Source: Octopus vulgaris (lineage: Eukaryota). Taken from it: DNA of 64,000 nt. Within the stretch, counting starts at the first letter, position 1. The number at the start of each line of letters is the position of its first letter. Shown here in pieces: positions 1 through 51,854 of the stretch. The DNA lies in NCBI GenBank assembly GCA_951406725.2, contig OX597822.1, forward strand, positions 46,004,001-46,068,000, in the 5' to 3' direction. The notes below the pieces were generated by a model. It saw only the letters and a program-made list of their open reading frames with translations, was not told the DNA's origin and did not search any database. The translations under genes and the position numbers were made by a program.

Positions 1-285
1 TACAGAACCAAGGGCAGTTTCAGGTGGGTTGGCATCAAAAGAGACTAAAGCACATATATATATAGTTAATTCAAGGAAGCTATATCCTCATTAGGGATAT
101 AATCCAAGGTATTCTACTGGCTAATCCCTATCATATAATATGAAACTGATGTATTATCAATATTGAAGGAAAAAGAAAATGGACATATAAATAATTTATT
201 TGAATGTTTTAAAATGATGAAAATTTCTTATAAAAAACATAACAGTACAAATAAATTACAAGTTCTAAAGTTCAAAAAATAAAGG

Positions 286-402
286 AACCTACATATATGC
301 TTCAGTCCTATCACCTCGTTGATCAGAAGTTCTAAGCATTTAGTTAAATGCTAAGAAAGGTATCGTATTCTAACTATATGGGGGTAGGACTTCTTCAGAG
401 TT
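286..402 (-). ncRNA. Degenerate type I hammerhead ribozyme motif (Penelope-like pseudo-LTR remnant)
   Basis: Minus strand reads aact-CTGAAGA-agtccta...taggact-GAAG-c-atatat-GTA-ggtt. Stems I and II pair, but GAAA is mutated to GAAG. Confidence 0.6.
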
Positions 403-561
403 AATTATGAGCTTTTGGAACTTAGGTAATCATTTTTCTTTTGAAGGATGCATACAGAATATATATATATATATGGTCAATTCAAATAAATGAAAAATAA
501 AATTAACAATAACAGACGATGAGAGGATGTTCACAAAGAATATATTAGTAAAAAGAGAGAG

Positions 562-597
562 ATCTTGACATTTTGAGCAAAGCTCTTTATCAGAAGA
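562..597 (-). ncRNA. Degenerate minimal hammerhead motif
   Basis: Minus strand reads tctt-CTGATAA-a-gagc-ttt-gctc-AAAAT-GTC-aaga. Three transitions from CTGATGA/GAAACGTC; the stems are intact. Confidence 0.5.
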
Positions 598-750
598 GAG
601 AAAAGGAAAAGTCCAAAGAAGGAAAAAGAATTGTCAACAGCAAGTGTGTAGTTACATCATATATCTATCTATCTATCTATATATATATAATGAATTCTGC
701 TAAAATGGATTCATAAGCACATGTATAACATGCAAATGTATATCTTTTTT

Positions 751-833
751 CCTCTGATGATATTGTGCTCATGTCACATTAATGTAAATTTAATGCTTAT
801 AGAGTATTAATAGAAACGGCTGTAAGTGAAGAT
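751..833 (+). ncRNA. Type I hammerhead ribozyme motif with intact catalytic core
   Basis: cct-CTGATGA(754-760)-tattg...taata-GAAAC(813-817)-ggct-GTA(822-824)-ag, followed by AATAAA near 852. This is the layout of Penelope-like element ends. Confidence 0.65.
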
Positions 834-1731
834 GACCAATTTTCTGTTAATAATAAACTATTATTAACTTCCTAATCTCCATTTTCTTTTCTTCTTTTAA
901 ATGAATATAAACTATATATATATATACATGGTGCCTGACTGGTTCCCGTGCCGGCAGCACATAAAAAATACCATTCAAGCAGCTTGGTTGATGCCAGTGC
1001 CGCCTGACTGGCTCCCATGCCAGTGACATGCAAAAAGCACTATTCAAGCATAGTTGATGCCAGTGCCACCTGATTGGCCCTCGTGCTGGTGGCACATAAA
1101 AAGTACCCATTACACTCTTGGAGTGATTGGCATTAGGAAGGGCATCCAGCTGTAGAAACCTTGCCAGATCAGATTGGAGCCTGGTGCAGCCTCCTGGCTC
1201 TCCAGACCTCAGTCACAATGTCCAACCCATGCCAGCACAGAAAGCAGACATTAAACAATGATAATGATGATATAAGATGCAAGCATGGTTGTGTGGTTAA
1301 GAAGCTTCCTTTGCAACCACTGAGTTTCAGGTTCAGTCCTACTGTGCAGCACCTTGGGAAGTGTCTTCTTCTATAACATAGGGCCAAAATTTTGGAAGAC
1401 CAAAACTGTGTGGAGCTCATGGTGTGCGTGTGTGTGTTTCTGATTGCTTGACAACCGGTGTTGGTTTCTTTGCATCCCTGTAACTTGGCAGTTCAGCAAA
1501 AGACGGTCGACAGGATAAGTACCAGATTTAAAAACAAGTACTTCAACATAGTGCCCTGGTGTGGCCACAGCCCAATGACTGAAACAAGCAAAAGATGATA
1601 GGTAAATGTTCAATAACCGAGAGATGGATGGGAAATTAAAAGAGTCTAATTCTGTATATCATGACAACCAGAAATGTTGTCTTGCATTCGTTTACAATAA
1701 ATACAGTTTATGAAATCCTTCTTCATGAATA

Positions 1732-1920
1732 CAGTAATTCCTTGCTATATCGCAGTTCACCTATCGTGGTTTATTAGTTAACCTACACCGATTCCTCCGT
1801 GGTGTTATTTGGCATTTATAATAAAATAAATATATACAAATTATAAAAATATACAGTAATGTTTCTATTTCGCAGGTGGTTGTTTAGGATGTATCACCTG
1901 TGATAGTCGAGGGATTACCG
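1732..1920. mobile_element. Tigger/pogo-type MITE
   Basis: TA-flanked, with imperfect TIRs cagtaattccttgctatatcgc / gatagtcgagggattaccg. Confidence 0.8.
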
Positions 1921-4077
1921 TATTCCTTATTCTTGTTTATTTCTGCTTTACCAAATGCGTTTTTGTCCTAAAGAATCATAGAACTTTTACCATGTTGCCA
2001 CAACCTCAACTGACATTTCTTCTTTTATCTTTTGCTTGTTTCAGTCATCAAACTGCGACCATGCTGGGGCATCGCCTTGGAAAATTTTAAGTTGAATAAT
2101 TCGACCCCAGGACTTGTTTCGTTTTTTTTTTTTTTTGTTTTACCCTTTTTAAGCCAGGTACTTATTCTGTTGGTCTCTTTTGCTGAACTGCTAAGAAACG
2201 GGGACATAAACACACCAACACCAGTTGTCAAGCAGTGGTAGGAAACAAACATAGACATAAAGACACACACACATGACAGGTTTCCTTCAGTTTCCATCTA
2301 CCAAATTCACTCATATGGCTTTGGTTGGCCTGGGGCTAAAATAGAAAACAGTTGCCCAAGTGGGACTGAACCTGGAACCAAGTAGTGGGAAGGAAGCTTC
2401 TTACCACACAGCCATGCCTGCATCTGTTATTTCATTTCCTACAGAGCATAGACCATTGACAACTTTTTCCCCTGTCAACCATCCCTGAAGGAAGGCCTTC
2501 CTCTACCAGGTCTTGCTGGTTTCCAACTGTTGTTTGATAATCCTGTAACTTTGTTGGGTTTTTTCTATGTAGGCGTGTTGGCTCTACAAACACTCATTTT
2601 TATCTCTGGGAAGAAGAGGTGGTCCCTATTAATATGGCCTCTGTTGTTTGACCAGTCCAGCAAGGGAGGTTCTGCTGGCATAGCTGTCAGGGTCACTGAC
2701 ACATACAAAGCCACCACACAGCAACAAGAGCTGGGTCACAGTTTTTTTTAGTAAACCTGAAGGAAGATAGAACCCCTTTCAGTTCTGTTGTATGATGACA
2801 ACCACTCTCTCTTGATAGGGAGACATGAAGGCCACATGCATTAAGCTTCGGAAAGACCAATTTCTACAACAATCCTTTGCAAGATATCACACCTACACAC
2901 GTGCACACACACACATCCTCAAGAAGTTTACTCATAGACACCACAATGGATCTAAGGTAGATGAGGCCCTTCAGCTCTTTATCCATTCATCTAAGAGAAA
3001 GTTAACTCCATACAAATCCTGAATCCAGTTGACTATTGGACTTGTTGCATCAGATCACTAAACATTTGAATGACAGACTGGCACAGGTTCTGCACAAATT
3101 GTGCCCATTAAAATAATAAACCCTTGCTGCCTTGGGGGAATAATTTATTAAGCATTTATAAGAGGCTAAGCGAGTAAGTCTCTACAGAAAATCTGAAGGG
3201 AGGGACCCAAAAACAGAAAGGTACAATTATATTTAACCAATATCTGACATCCCCTGTGGCTCCAGAATTGACTTGTCTTTCCTTTGTGGTGTATTCATGA
3301 GTGGAGAGGTGGTAAGTATCCTTGGAGTTAGGCCCATGCTTCTGGAAACAGCAGAGATGGTTAATTTACAGTCTGTGCAATACTGTCAATCAACAATCGA
3401 AAGGGCCAACCATATATAAGACACTGGAATAAAATAGGTTCTTGTGACTTGTTGGATCTTGTGTAAACCGTCCAACCCATGCCAACATGGAAGACAGATA
3501 TGAAATGATGGTGATATTCTTTTATTATTTTACCTGTTTCAGCCATTAGACTGCGGCCATGCGGGGGCACCAGCATGAAGAATTTTTAGTCAAATGACTT
3601 GACCCCAGTACTTATTAAAAACTGTTTTGTTTTTTTTTTGAAGTCTGATAGTTTTTCTATTGGTCATTTCTATCAAAACTACTAAGCTACAGGGATGTTA
3701 ACACACCAACACCAGTTGTCAAGTGGTGATGGGAGACAAACATGGACACAAAGACACACACACATACATATATACAATGGACTTCTTCCAGTTTCTGTCT
3801 ACCAAATCCACTCACAAGGCTTTGGTCAGCCAAAAGCCATAGTAGAAGACGCTTGCCTAACGTGCCACACAATTTAACCGAACAGCACAAAACATTTACA
3901 CACACACACACACACAATAGGCTTCTTTCAGTTTCTGTCCAGCCAATCCACTTACAAGACTTTGGTTAGACATGGTTATAGTAGAATATATTTGTCCATG
4001 GTAGGACCGAACAGCACAAGACATTGACACACACACACACACATACTGACTAGTTTCAGACTCTATGGAGATGGTAC

Positions 4078-41833
<37,756 letters not shown>

Positions 41834-44479
41834 CTGGAATATCAAAGAAAGAGACAGAATTAAGGACAATCAAAACAACAACAACCAATGTCAACATGGA
41901 CAAATCTCACAAAAGACAGGGTTTTATTAAGGCAGATTTTTCTCCGAGCAAGCTAATATTTCTCCAATGGTCAAAACATGTTCTAGCAGAATATAGCGAA
42001 GGAATGACACTGCTTGTATGATGGTTACACAACTGTCATGAGATATCAAAATAAGGGGACACACATACACACATGACAAGGGGTTTATTTTCAGTTGAAC
42101 AAATACACTCACAAAGCTTGGTTGGCCCAGAGCTATAGCAAGGTGTTGTGCAGTGGGAACGAACCCAGTACTATGTGGTTGGGAAGCAAACTTTTTACTA
42201 CACAGTCATCACAGCTACGCCTGCATACACACACACTCATTTTATTATATTTGCTTCCCAACCGCATGATTCCGGGTTCAGTTCCACTGTATGCCACCTT
42301 GGGCAAGTGTCTTCTACTTTCACTCTAGGCCAACCAAAGCCTCTTGAGTGGATTTGGTATATGGAAACTGGAAGAAGGCTATTGTATATACTTATGTGAG
42401 TGTGCATGTCTTTGTGTCTGTGTTTGTCCCCCATAGCCACTTGACAACAGGTGTTGGTGTGTTTATGTCCCTGTAACTTAGCAAATTGGCAAAAGCGACT
42501 GATAGAATAAGTACTAGGCTTACAAAGAATAAGCCCTGGGGTCGAGTTGCTCAACGAAAGGTGCTGCTCCAGCATGGCTGCAGTCAAATAACTAAAACCA
42601 GTAAAAGAATATATATAACAAGCTTCTTTCAGTTTTCGCCAACCAAATACACTCACAAGGCTTTGGTCAGCTCGAGGCTATAGTAGAAGACATTACACCA
42701 AGGGCCATGCAGTGGGACTAAACCCATAACCATGTGGTTGGCAAGCAAGCTTCTTACCACACAGACACACCTGTATCTATACATGGACATATTCATGCAT
42801 GTACATATATATGAATACATCACTAAACACATACATATAGATATACAAGCTTATGAAATTATATACCTATCCACACATGCATAGAGTTTCACACTCCAAT
42901 GTAGGTTCCAAGTCTAATATAGTGAAGATCTTTATATATATATATATATCACATATATGTGTACTCAACATAAGCAAGTACCACACACACACACATACAG
43001 TGTGTAGTCAGTAGTAATCTATTGTTGTGGTATCCCCTCACTCTCTCCAATTGCAGGGTTGTACAGTGAGTGACCTCATACTGACCTCCTGCTGACAAAA
43101 GCCAGCTTGCTGGGTCAGTTATTAGTCAGACATGTGGGAGTTCATTTTACACTGCAGTCCCCCCCACTTTCTAACTGCTGGGGGGGTCAGACAAGTCTGA
43201 AAAAAGTTGAGGGTCCCAAGTAGCAAACAATGGCAGTGATCATACTGTTTGTCAGCAGATTGTAGAGTAGTAATAGTAGTAATGGTGGTGGTGATAGTAA
43301 TAGTAGTAGTAGTAGTAACAGTGGTGGTGGTAATAGCAACAGTAGTAGTAGTAGTAGTTAGTAGTAGTATTAGCAGCAGCAGCAAAGCTATGACCACTAT
43401 GATCAAAAGCTTTCCAATAGTGAGCATGTCTTTTATTTCACATGTGAGGCCAAGAAAAGGGTGTTCATGTTGTCAGCCCTGTTTCCACTGATCCTTTCAC
43501 ACCCCACCCACATGGGGGACTGGATGAAAGAGAGACAATTTCATAGATAATATATTATCTAGTGTGTCCTTCCAGTTCCAGGCTTACAAAGAATGAGTCC
43601 TGGTGGTCCATTTCTCTGACTAAAAGGCAGTGCTCCTGCATGGCCGCAGCCAAATGATTGAAACAAGCTAAAGAAGAAAAGAATATCAATGATGCCTCAT
43701 TGTTGTAAATTCACATAACTAACAACAACAGTAGCAACAGTGGTGTGGAGGCAATATTGTTGACAATGATGATGATGATGATCCTTTCTACAATATTCAC
43801 AGGGGCCTGAAATTATTTTTTTTGTTGGTTGCAGGGGTGGGATAGGGTGGGGTCAATTATATTGGTCCCCAGTACTTGACAGGTATTTATTTCAATGACC
43901 TCAAAAAGATGAGAGGCAAAGCTGACCTTGGCAACATTTGAACTCAAAAGACAGACAAAATGCTGCAAAGCATTCTGACCAGTGTGCCAACAATTCAGCC
44001 AGCTTGCCACCTTAATAATAATAATAATAATAACAATGATAAGTGCCTGGATGCAATACCAGGCAATAACTTTCACGGCTTTTGATCTGAACAGATTGGA
44101 AGTGTTACCATGCACATTGTTTTATCTTGGTATAAAAGATGGGCTACAGCAAACATTCTGCTCAATACCACAGATCTGCTTGTCAGTTGTTTGACCTTAA
44201 CCCAGTCTTCTTCAACAGGAGTTCCACAAAAGGTTCCTACATGTTCCTTGAGAAAGAGCAAGATAAGCTAATGCTAATTTTACGATCGTAATATCACTAT
44301 ACATGCACAACATATTATTGGTTATTGTAATATAGACATCATCCTATCTAACCTATTATGTTATCAAAATACACACACACACACAAAACATTTATGATAT
44401 TTACCACATGAACTATGAGGAAAAAAATGAGAAAGATATAGTATATAATTTTTTTGGTGTAGTTGTTCCTTGAGACTTG

Positions 44480-44925
44480 AAATTTATTTTAAGGGTTATC
44501 CAAGGGTAGAAAGGTTTGTGGCTGACAATATGTGCATCTCTGATCACAAGAAGCAGTGGGGGGAGCATCATAGACATACATGTGTTGAGATGAATTCTTT
44601 GGGGTTTGGATAATTCACCTCTGGAAACATGGGCATGTTGTTCAACATCCTTAAACAACTCTTATTCAGGGACCTTTTGAGCAGATGAGCTATACGACCT
44701 GAAGAAAATTCTAACAGGGCCCTCACCTGCAAGGTCATGTGCTGTTTATCTTGATATGAGATCACCATGCTGCACACATATGGCTGTGATACATTTGCCT
44801 GGTGTACCCTTATCAGACGGGTAGTCATGATGGGTATATTGGGCTTCATATATCTGTACCTCAGTGTCACTTTGATGGCATGCACTGCTCTCTCACTCAA
44901 TGATATAATAATAATAATAATAAAA
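44480..44925. mobile_element. Interspersed repeat, probably a retroposon fragment with (AAT)n end; family not determined
   Basis: Higher-complexity block ending abruptly in ctctctcactcaatgatataataataat. Single copy in this window. Confidence 0.4.
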
Positions 44926-45388
44926 ATAAAAATAATAATAACAACAACTACAACCCTTTCTAATAAAGGCACAAGGCTTGAAATTTGGTGGGAAGGGGAC
45001 TAGTCAATTACATTGACTCCAGTGTGTAACTAGTACTTAATTTATCAACCCCGAAAGGATGAAAGGCAAAGTCGACCTCAGTAGAATTTGAACTCAAGAT
45101 GTAAAGACAGACGAAATACTAAGCGTTTCACCCAGTATGCTAACATTTCTGCCACCTCGCCACCTATACTCTTTTACACTTTCACTCTTTTACTTGTTTC
45201 AGTCATTAGACTGTGGCCATGCTGGTGCACCGCCTTTTAGTTGAGCAAATCAACCCCAGGACTTATTCTTTGTAAGCCTAGTACTTATTCTATCGGTCTC
45301 TTTCACCGAACCACTAAGTTACGGGGACGTAAACACACCAGCATCGGTTGTCAAGCGATGTTAGGGGGACAAACTCAGACACACATAC

Positions 45389-45423
<35 letters not shown>

Positions 45424-45620
45424 CACACACATATATATATATATATATACATATATACGATGGGCTTCTCTCAGTTTCTGTCAACCAAATCCACTCACAA
45501 GGCTTTGGTCAACCCGACGCTATAGTAGAAGACACTTGTCCAAGGTGCCATGCAGTGGGACTGAACCCGGAACCATGTAGTTGGTAAGCAAGCTACTTAC
45601 CACACAACCATTCCTACACC

Positions 45621-45657
<37 letters not shown>

Positions 45658-47796
45658 TTAATAATAATGCTTTCAAATTTTGGCACAAGGCCAGCAATTT
45701 CAGAGATGGGGTAAAGTCGATTACTTCGACCCCAGCACTCAGCTGTGACTTATTTTCTTCATCATCAACAACAACAACAACAATAACATCATCATCATCA
45801 TCACTACCACCACCACCACCACCACCACCACCACCACCACCACCACCACCACCATCAACATCATCATCGTTTTTTATTGACTCCAAAAGGATGAAAGGCA
45901 AAATTGACCTCAGTGGAATGTGAAATCAGAACATAAAGACAGACAACATGCCACTAACCATTTTACCTGGTATGCTAACGATTCTGCCAGCTTGATAACA
46001 ATAACAATAACAATAACAATAACAATAATAATAATAATAATAATAATAATAGTAATAACCCTGTCTTCTATAGACAGCTTTGAAGGGAGGAGGTTAGTGA
46101 TGCCATGAATCCCATGATCAGTTCATGGTGATGATGATGGCAATCGAGGTTTCTGATTTAGACACAAGACCCACAAGGGAAATTTTGAGGGGAGGGGCCG
46201 GTTAGTTGATGCCATCCATCTCAGTTCTTGACAGGTACACTTAACTTTATTAACACCCGAAAGGATGAAAGGCAAAGTCGACCTTGGCGGAATTTGAACT
46301 CGGAATGTGAAAAACCAGAGCAAACACTGCAAAGGCAACGGCGATGATGATGATGAGGATGATGATAATGAAGAATAATGATGATGGTGATGATGATAAT
46401 TCTTTCTAATATATATATATATACACACACACACACAGCAATTTACACACATACACATACAGATATACAGAGCTAAGTGAAGAGAAATTGGAGATATAAA
46501 TATATGGATAACAGGAAGACATAATTAAAAGGCTTTTGGATGGTGAGGGGGGAAGGGGAGACACTGGAGTAAATGAAGGAGAATATAAAAGTAGTAGTTG
46601 TAGTAGTAGTAGAAATAGCAGTAATCTATATATGATGGAAGGGAAGTTATCACAAAGAGGCAAAGTAATGTCACACTACTTGTGTGTATGTGTGTGTGTA
46701 TTTTACTTTTCACTCAAAGGGTATTTTTGTCGAATGAATCACCCCCTACCCCCAGTACATATTCTATTGGCCTCTTTTGCCGGACCTCTAAGTTACAAGG
46801 ACATAAACAAACCGATACCAGTTATCGAGCTGTGGGGATAATAAAAAGAAATGCTAAAACACACCTACACACCCATATTAATATATACACGACAGCTTTC
46901 CACACAGTTTCTGTCAATGAGATTCAATTATGAGACTCTGGTTGACCCAGGGCCATAGAAAACACTTGCCCAAGGTGCTATCCTATAAGACTGAACCAAA
47001 AACCAAGTGGTTGCTAGGTGAGCTTCTTAACCACACAGCCATGCCTGTGTGTATATATGTACAAGTATGTATGTATGTATGAATGTATGTATGTATATAT
47101 AAAGGTACTTTATTTCACGTTACTCCAGTTTACTCAAGGGAAAATATGTTCAAGTGGAGCTGCTCCCTCTTCTTCCCCAGCTATCAAACCCTCAAGGTTT
47201 CACAAGAAGTAGGGCAGCTGAAAGAGTACCTACATCAACATGTGACCACAAAGCCACTTAAAACAAGTGAAACCATGGCATAAGCTACCATGTCATACTT
47301 GCATGCAGGTAACAGCTAAGATCTTTAAGCATAACCCTAAATCAAAAAGCACAAAGGTCCTCCTCCAGTCAGTAGCTCATACAGTCGGTTTCCCCTAATT
47401 TGTAACATATATATATTTCTTCCTTTGATGGCAAGCTAGTCTGTTGCAGGATATAGCAGATTTTTTGCCAATTGAATAGGCTGGAACAGCATGAAATTCA
47501 ATGCTTCACTCAAGAAAACAACATATCGTCACTCTGTCCAGAAATCAAAACCACGATCTTACAATTAAGAGAGCAATATTCTAAACACTGAACCACATGC
47601 CTCCACATACACACACACATGCACATATACATATACCAGAGTAAGCACATAAATGTGAATCAAGGTGGGAAAAATAGTACTTGAATTCCAGAGGTAGAGT
47701 AATATGCTTTATTAATAAAGCAACAAAGACATCACAAAAGCTGTTACTCAGAGCAACTGAACCTTTTTGTGATGTCTTTGCAGCTTTATTGATAAA

Positions 47797-47842
<46 letters not shown>

Positions 47843-49254
47843 CATCATTGTTTAACGTCCACTTTCCATGCTAGCATGGGTTGGACGATTTGACTGAGGA
47901 CTGGCAAGCCAGATGGTTGCATCAGGCTCCAATCTGATCTGGCAGAGTTTCTACAGCTGGATGCCCTTCCTAATGCCAACCACTCCGAGAGTGTAGCAGG
48001 TGCTTTTATGTGCCTCCGGCACAAGGACCAGTCAGGTAGTACTGGCAATGGCTATGCTCAAATGGTGTTTTTTATGTGCCACATGCACAGCAGCCAGTCC
48101 AGCGGCATTGGCAACGACCTCGCTCGAATGCTTTTTCACGTGCCAGTAAGGCGACGCTGGTAACGATCACACTCAAACGGTGCTTTTTATGTGCCACCAG
48201 CACGGATGCACGTTAGCTGCTCTGGCTACTATCATGCTTGGATGGTGCTCTTAGCACTCCACAAGCATGGATGCCAGTCATCGAATTTGCTTTCGATTTC
48301 ACTTGCCTCAACAGGTTTTCGCAAGCAGAGTTTAATGTCTAATGAAGGAAAGGTACGCATAAATGGGCTGGTTATACCCCTGACATAGGCCACGAGGTTA
48401 TGGTCTCACTTAGCTTGCCAGCTCTTCTCAAGCACAGCATATTTCCAAAGGTCTCGGTCACTAGTCACTGCCTCAGTGATATATATATGCACACACATGC
48501 ATATATGGGTACAGGACATCACCAACGGTGCAAATAACAAGAAATATATAAATGAGAAAAAAATGGAGAACAAGACAAGTTAACATAGAGGAAGGATCTT
48601 TCATCAGTAGTCATCTGTCTGATATATATATATAATCACTTAACATCCATTTTCAAGGCTGACATGGTTTGGATGGTTTGACAGGAGCTAGTAAGCCAGA
48701 GGACTGCACCAAGCTCTACTGTCTATATACATACATACTTACCTACCTACATACACATGTATGTATGTTTGAATATAAGTCCGTATATAGCTTCATGTAA
48801 GCAGAGTTTGCCCTCGCACCCCATCACTATCACCTTTATCTTATTCCCAGCTACTCCTACCTACCCCTCTATAATGCAGTGTCCCCATGTATCTCCTCTA
48901 TAACAAGACACATGTGCTTGTCCCTTTATCATGTCTCAGCCTCTCAACATCTCGCATAAAGCCACCTCCCCATCTCAAATATTCCAGCACTTAATCGAGG
49001 TGACAGTGGGGAGAGCATTTTCCTGTTCTTTCCCAGCCTTGCAAGTTGCTCGGTGACCACAATGGGGGGGGGGGGGTTACGAAAAAAAGCATCCTGTACA
49101 CTCCATAAAGTGGTTGATGTTAGGAATGGCATCCAGCAATAGAAAGCATGCCAAAACAGACAACTAGAGCCTGGCGCAGCTCTGGTTTTCCAGATCTTGT
49201 CAAACCACCCAACCTATACCAGCATGGAAAATGGATGTTAAATGAAGATGGATG

Positions 49255-49303
<49 letters not shown>

Positions 49304-49312
49304 ATATATATA

Positions 49313-49948
49313 CTAGCAGTATCGCCCGGCGTTGCTCGGGTTTGTAAGGGAAATAACTATATAAGCATTTTTAGAGAGTTATAGCCAAAAAATAGCAAAA
49401 AATGCATTAAAAATGGAAAAAATATGATGGTAAATTTTTTGAAAAATCGTTGACTCATCGTAGACATTTTTAGAGAGTTACTTCCCTTATATAATAGCGA
49501 AAAATGCATTAAAATGGAAAAAAAACGATGGTAAATTTTTTTTTAAATCGTAGACTCATGTAGACGCTTTCTTAGCCATTTCTGTTTTGGTGTCTTCAAG
49601 CCATGAAGTCGTTGTTCTAAAAGAACACTGGTCTCCTTGACAACGCATTACGACGTTGATTTCCTTACACTCCCTTCCCCACAGGTGCAGGTGTGAGCGT
49701 GGACGCCAACTCCGCCGCCATCGACACACGAAAAATTATGCATTAAAATGGAATAAAAAATGATGTTAAATTATTTTTAAAATCGTAGACTCATCGTAGA
49801 CGCGCGCTAATATTCAGACGGGCTCGATATGAATCACGACTATAAGCTACCCGAATTTGGTTAAACTGTACCGCAAAATGTGGGAGTAGTTAGGAATCTA
49901 AATCGAAGGGGACAGACACTCTCACAACTACAGTTTTATATATATAGA
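49313..49948 (-). mobile_element. Non-autonomous Helitron
   Basis: Minus strand starts TC-tatatatataaaa and ends with hairpin cccg-agcaacgc-cggg followed by CTAG, inserted between A and T. Confidence 0.8.
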
Positions 49949-49959
49949 TATACATAGCG

Positions 49960-50330
49960 CAGTAGTGGTGAGATATGACAGCAAAGAAAAGCATACATTC
50001 ACTCTCTGCATGCAATTAGACTCGGAAAGTTCGTGAGGAACCCATTGACCCAATTTGCTGACTTTTCCGATAGCACACAGGTGTCAATGAATGGTTGAAT
50101 GACCAAATCCAAGCTTCTCTGCTAGTTCCTCAACAGTTACGATGATATTTTGTTCCACCAGGGTTTTCAGGATGTCCTTGTCGAGTTCTACAGATCTTTC
50201 AGGATGAGGCTCGTCTTCTAGGCTGTAGTTTATGGCTCGGGATTTCTGGAACCACCATTGACACTGCCTTACGCTTATTGTCCAATCCCCATATACTGCA
50301 TTAATATTTCTTGTACTTTGCACACATTTA
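49960..50330 (-). pseudogene. Mariner transposase fragment (HTH region through WVPHEL)
   Basis: RNINAVYGD..QWWFQK..SLEDEPH..TVEELAEKLG..STIH*HL..IGKVSKLGQWVPHEL, with an in-frame stop. Confidence 0.9.
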
Positions 50331-50383
50331 TATTCTGTTATTCTTTTATATGTTTCAGCCTTGAGGTTGTGGCCATGCTGGAT

Positions 50384-50385
<2 letters not shown>

Positions 50386-50425
<40 letters not shown>

Positions 50426-50652
50426 TATCTGTCTGTCTGTCTGTATGTATATATGTATATGTATGTGTGTGAACAATAATATTTTCAACAGATGTGTTGC
50501 AAATGTATCTGATTGTTCTCAAGCTTCAATACTGTGTGTGTGTGTATGTGTGTGTGTGTATGTATGTATGTATATGTATGTATGTATGTATATGTATGTA
50601 TGTATGTATGTGTGTATGTATGTATGTGTGTGTGTATGTATGTGTGTGTGTA

Positions 50653-50689
<37 letters not shown>

Positions 50690-50725
50690 ATGTATGTATG
50701 TATGTATGTATGTATGTATGAGTGT
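50386..50725. repeat. Compound (TG)n/(TATG)n microsatellite, representative of dozens of simple repeats in the window
   Basis: Seen directly. Similar tracts at about 15260-15370, 15720-15930, 45620-45870, 51785-51930, 53640-53890 and 59180-59630. Confidence 0.95.
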
Positions 50726-51148
50726 ATGTTTACTTTATTACTAATTACTCTCTTCCAAGAACATTTTCACTCACTCTTAGCTCTTAGCTTCCCATACATT
50801 TTACTCATATATCTATCAGCGTCATAGACAGAATACTTTCACTTTAGTCTTCCTCAAATCCCTCTGTCGCTATTTACTTTCATTTTATTCGTTGCCCACT
50901 GTGTGTGTGCGTTTGCGTGTGGTGTAAACCAGACTAAGAAAAGCATTTGACACACACACCAGAATGTGAGTTTTCTGTAAATTTTGCTTAATTGGAGTTT
51001 AAATTTTAAAAACTGGACCTGGCATGACGCGATGCATTGTACTCTCAAAAATGCCAGGTAAATTGTAATTGAAGAAATCCTATATTGTAGATTTGTATAA
51101 CTCCCAAAGGGAGGCAGATAAAATCTGCCTTTTATAATAAGAGATATA

Positions 51149-51501
51149 TCTCTATATATATAAACGGCAGTTTGTCTGTCAGGTTGTACCCTCACCCTGA
51201 CCACGGCTTTCAACCAGTTCTGATGAAACTTGACACACTCATAGCCCAATTTCATAATTCAAAACTAACGCAGCGAAAATTTTGAAAAGTTCCCCCAGTT
51301 CTGAAAAAAATCGATAAATTCGACATGGGGTCATGAATCAGAAACACAAACCACAGACTGTCTAGGGGACGCAACTCGACCCTTTTAACTCTCAAAAAAA
51401 ATTTACCATCATTTTTTTTCCATTTTTTGGCTATAACTCTCTAAAAATGCTTTATAGTTATTTCCCTTACAAACCCGAGCAACGCCGGGCGATACTGCTA
51501 G
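51149..51501 (+). mobile_element. Non-autonomous Helitron sharing its 3' end with the 49313-49948 element
   Basis: Starts tctctatatatataaac and ends cccgagcaacgccgggcgatactgCTAG|t. Confidence 0.8.
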
Positions 51502-51821
51502 TATACATATATATATATATATATACATACACACATACACACACACATATTTATTGAGTGAAACAAATAAAAGCTAAAATGATACAAGAAACCATCGATG
51601 AGAAGACTTATAAGTGAATACTCGACCTGCAGAAAATAACAGCTAAATTTCCATCGAATTACATGCTACCTAATGAAAAAAGGACAGATACTGGATAATG
51701 AATATAGAGTTAGAACAGAAGAAGGGATGGTCACAAATGGAATGTCTCTGATCATAGGCCTGCTGGATTAGGACTAAGTTAATACTACCACCACCACCAC
51801 CTAGTAGTAGTAGTAGTAGTG

Positions 51822-51854
<33 letters not shown>

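Noticed and set aside
1-4077. Expected first kinase-domain exon (RYLLL.LLG.GGFSEV)
   Set aside because: Not found by eye on the minus strand; it presumably lies beyond the window start.
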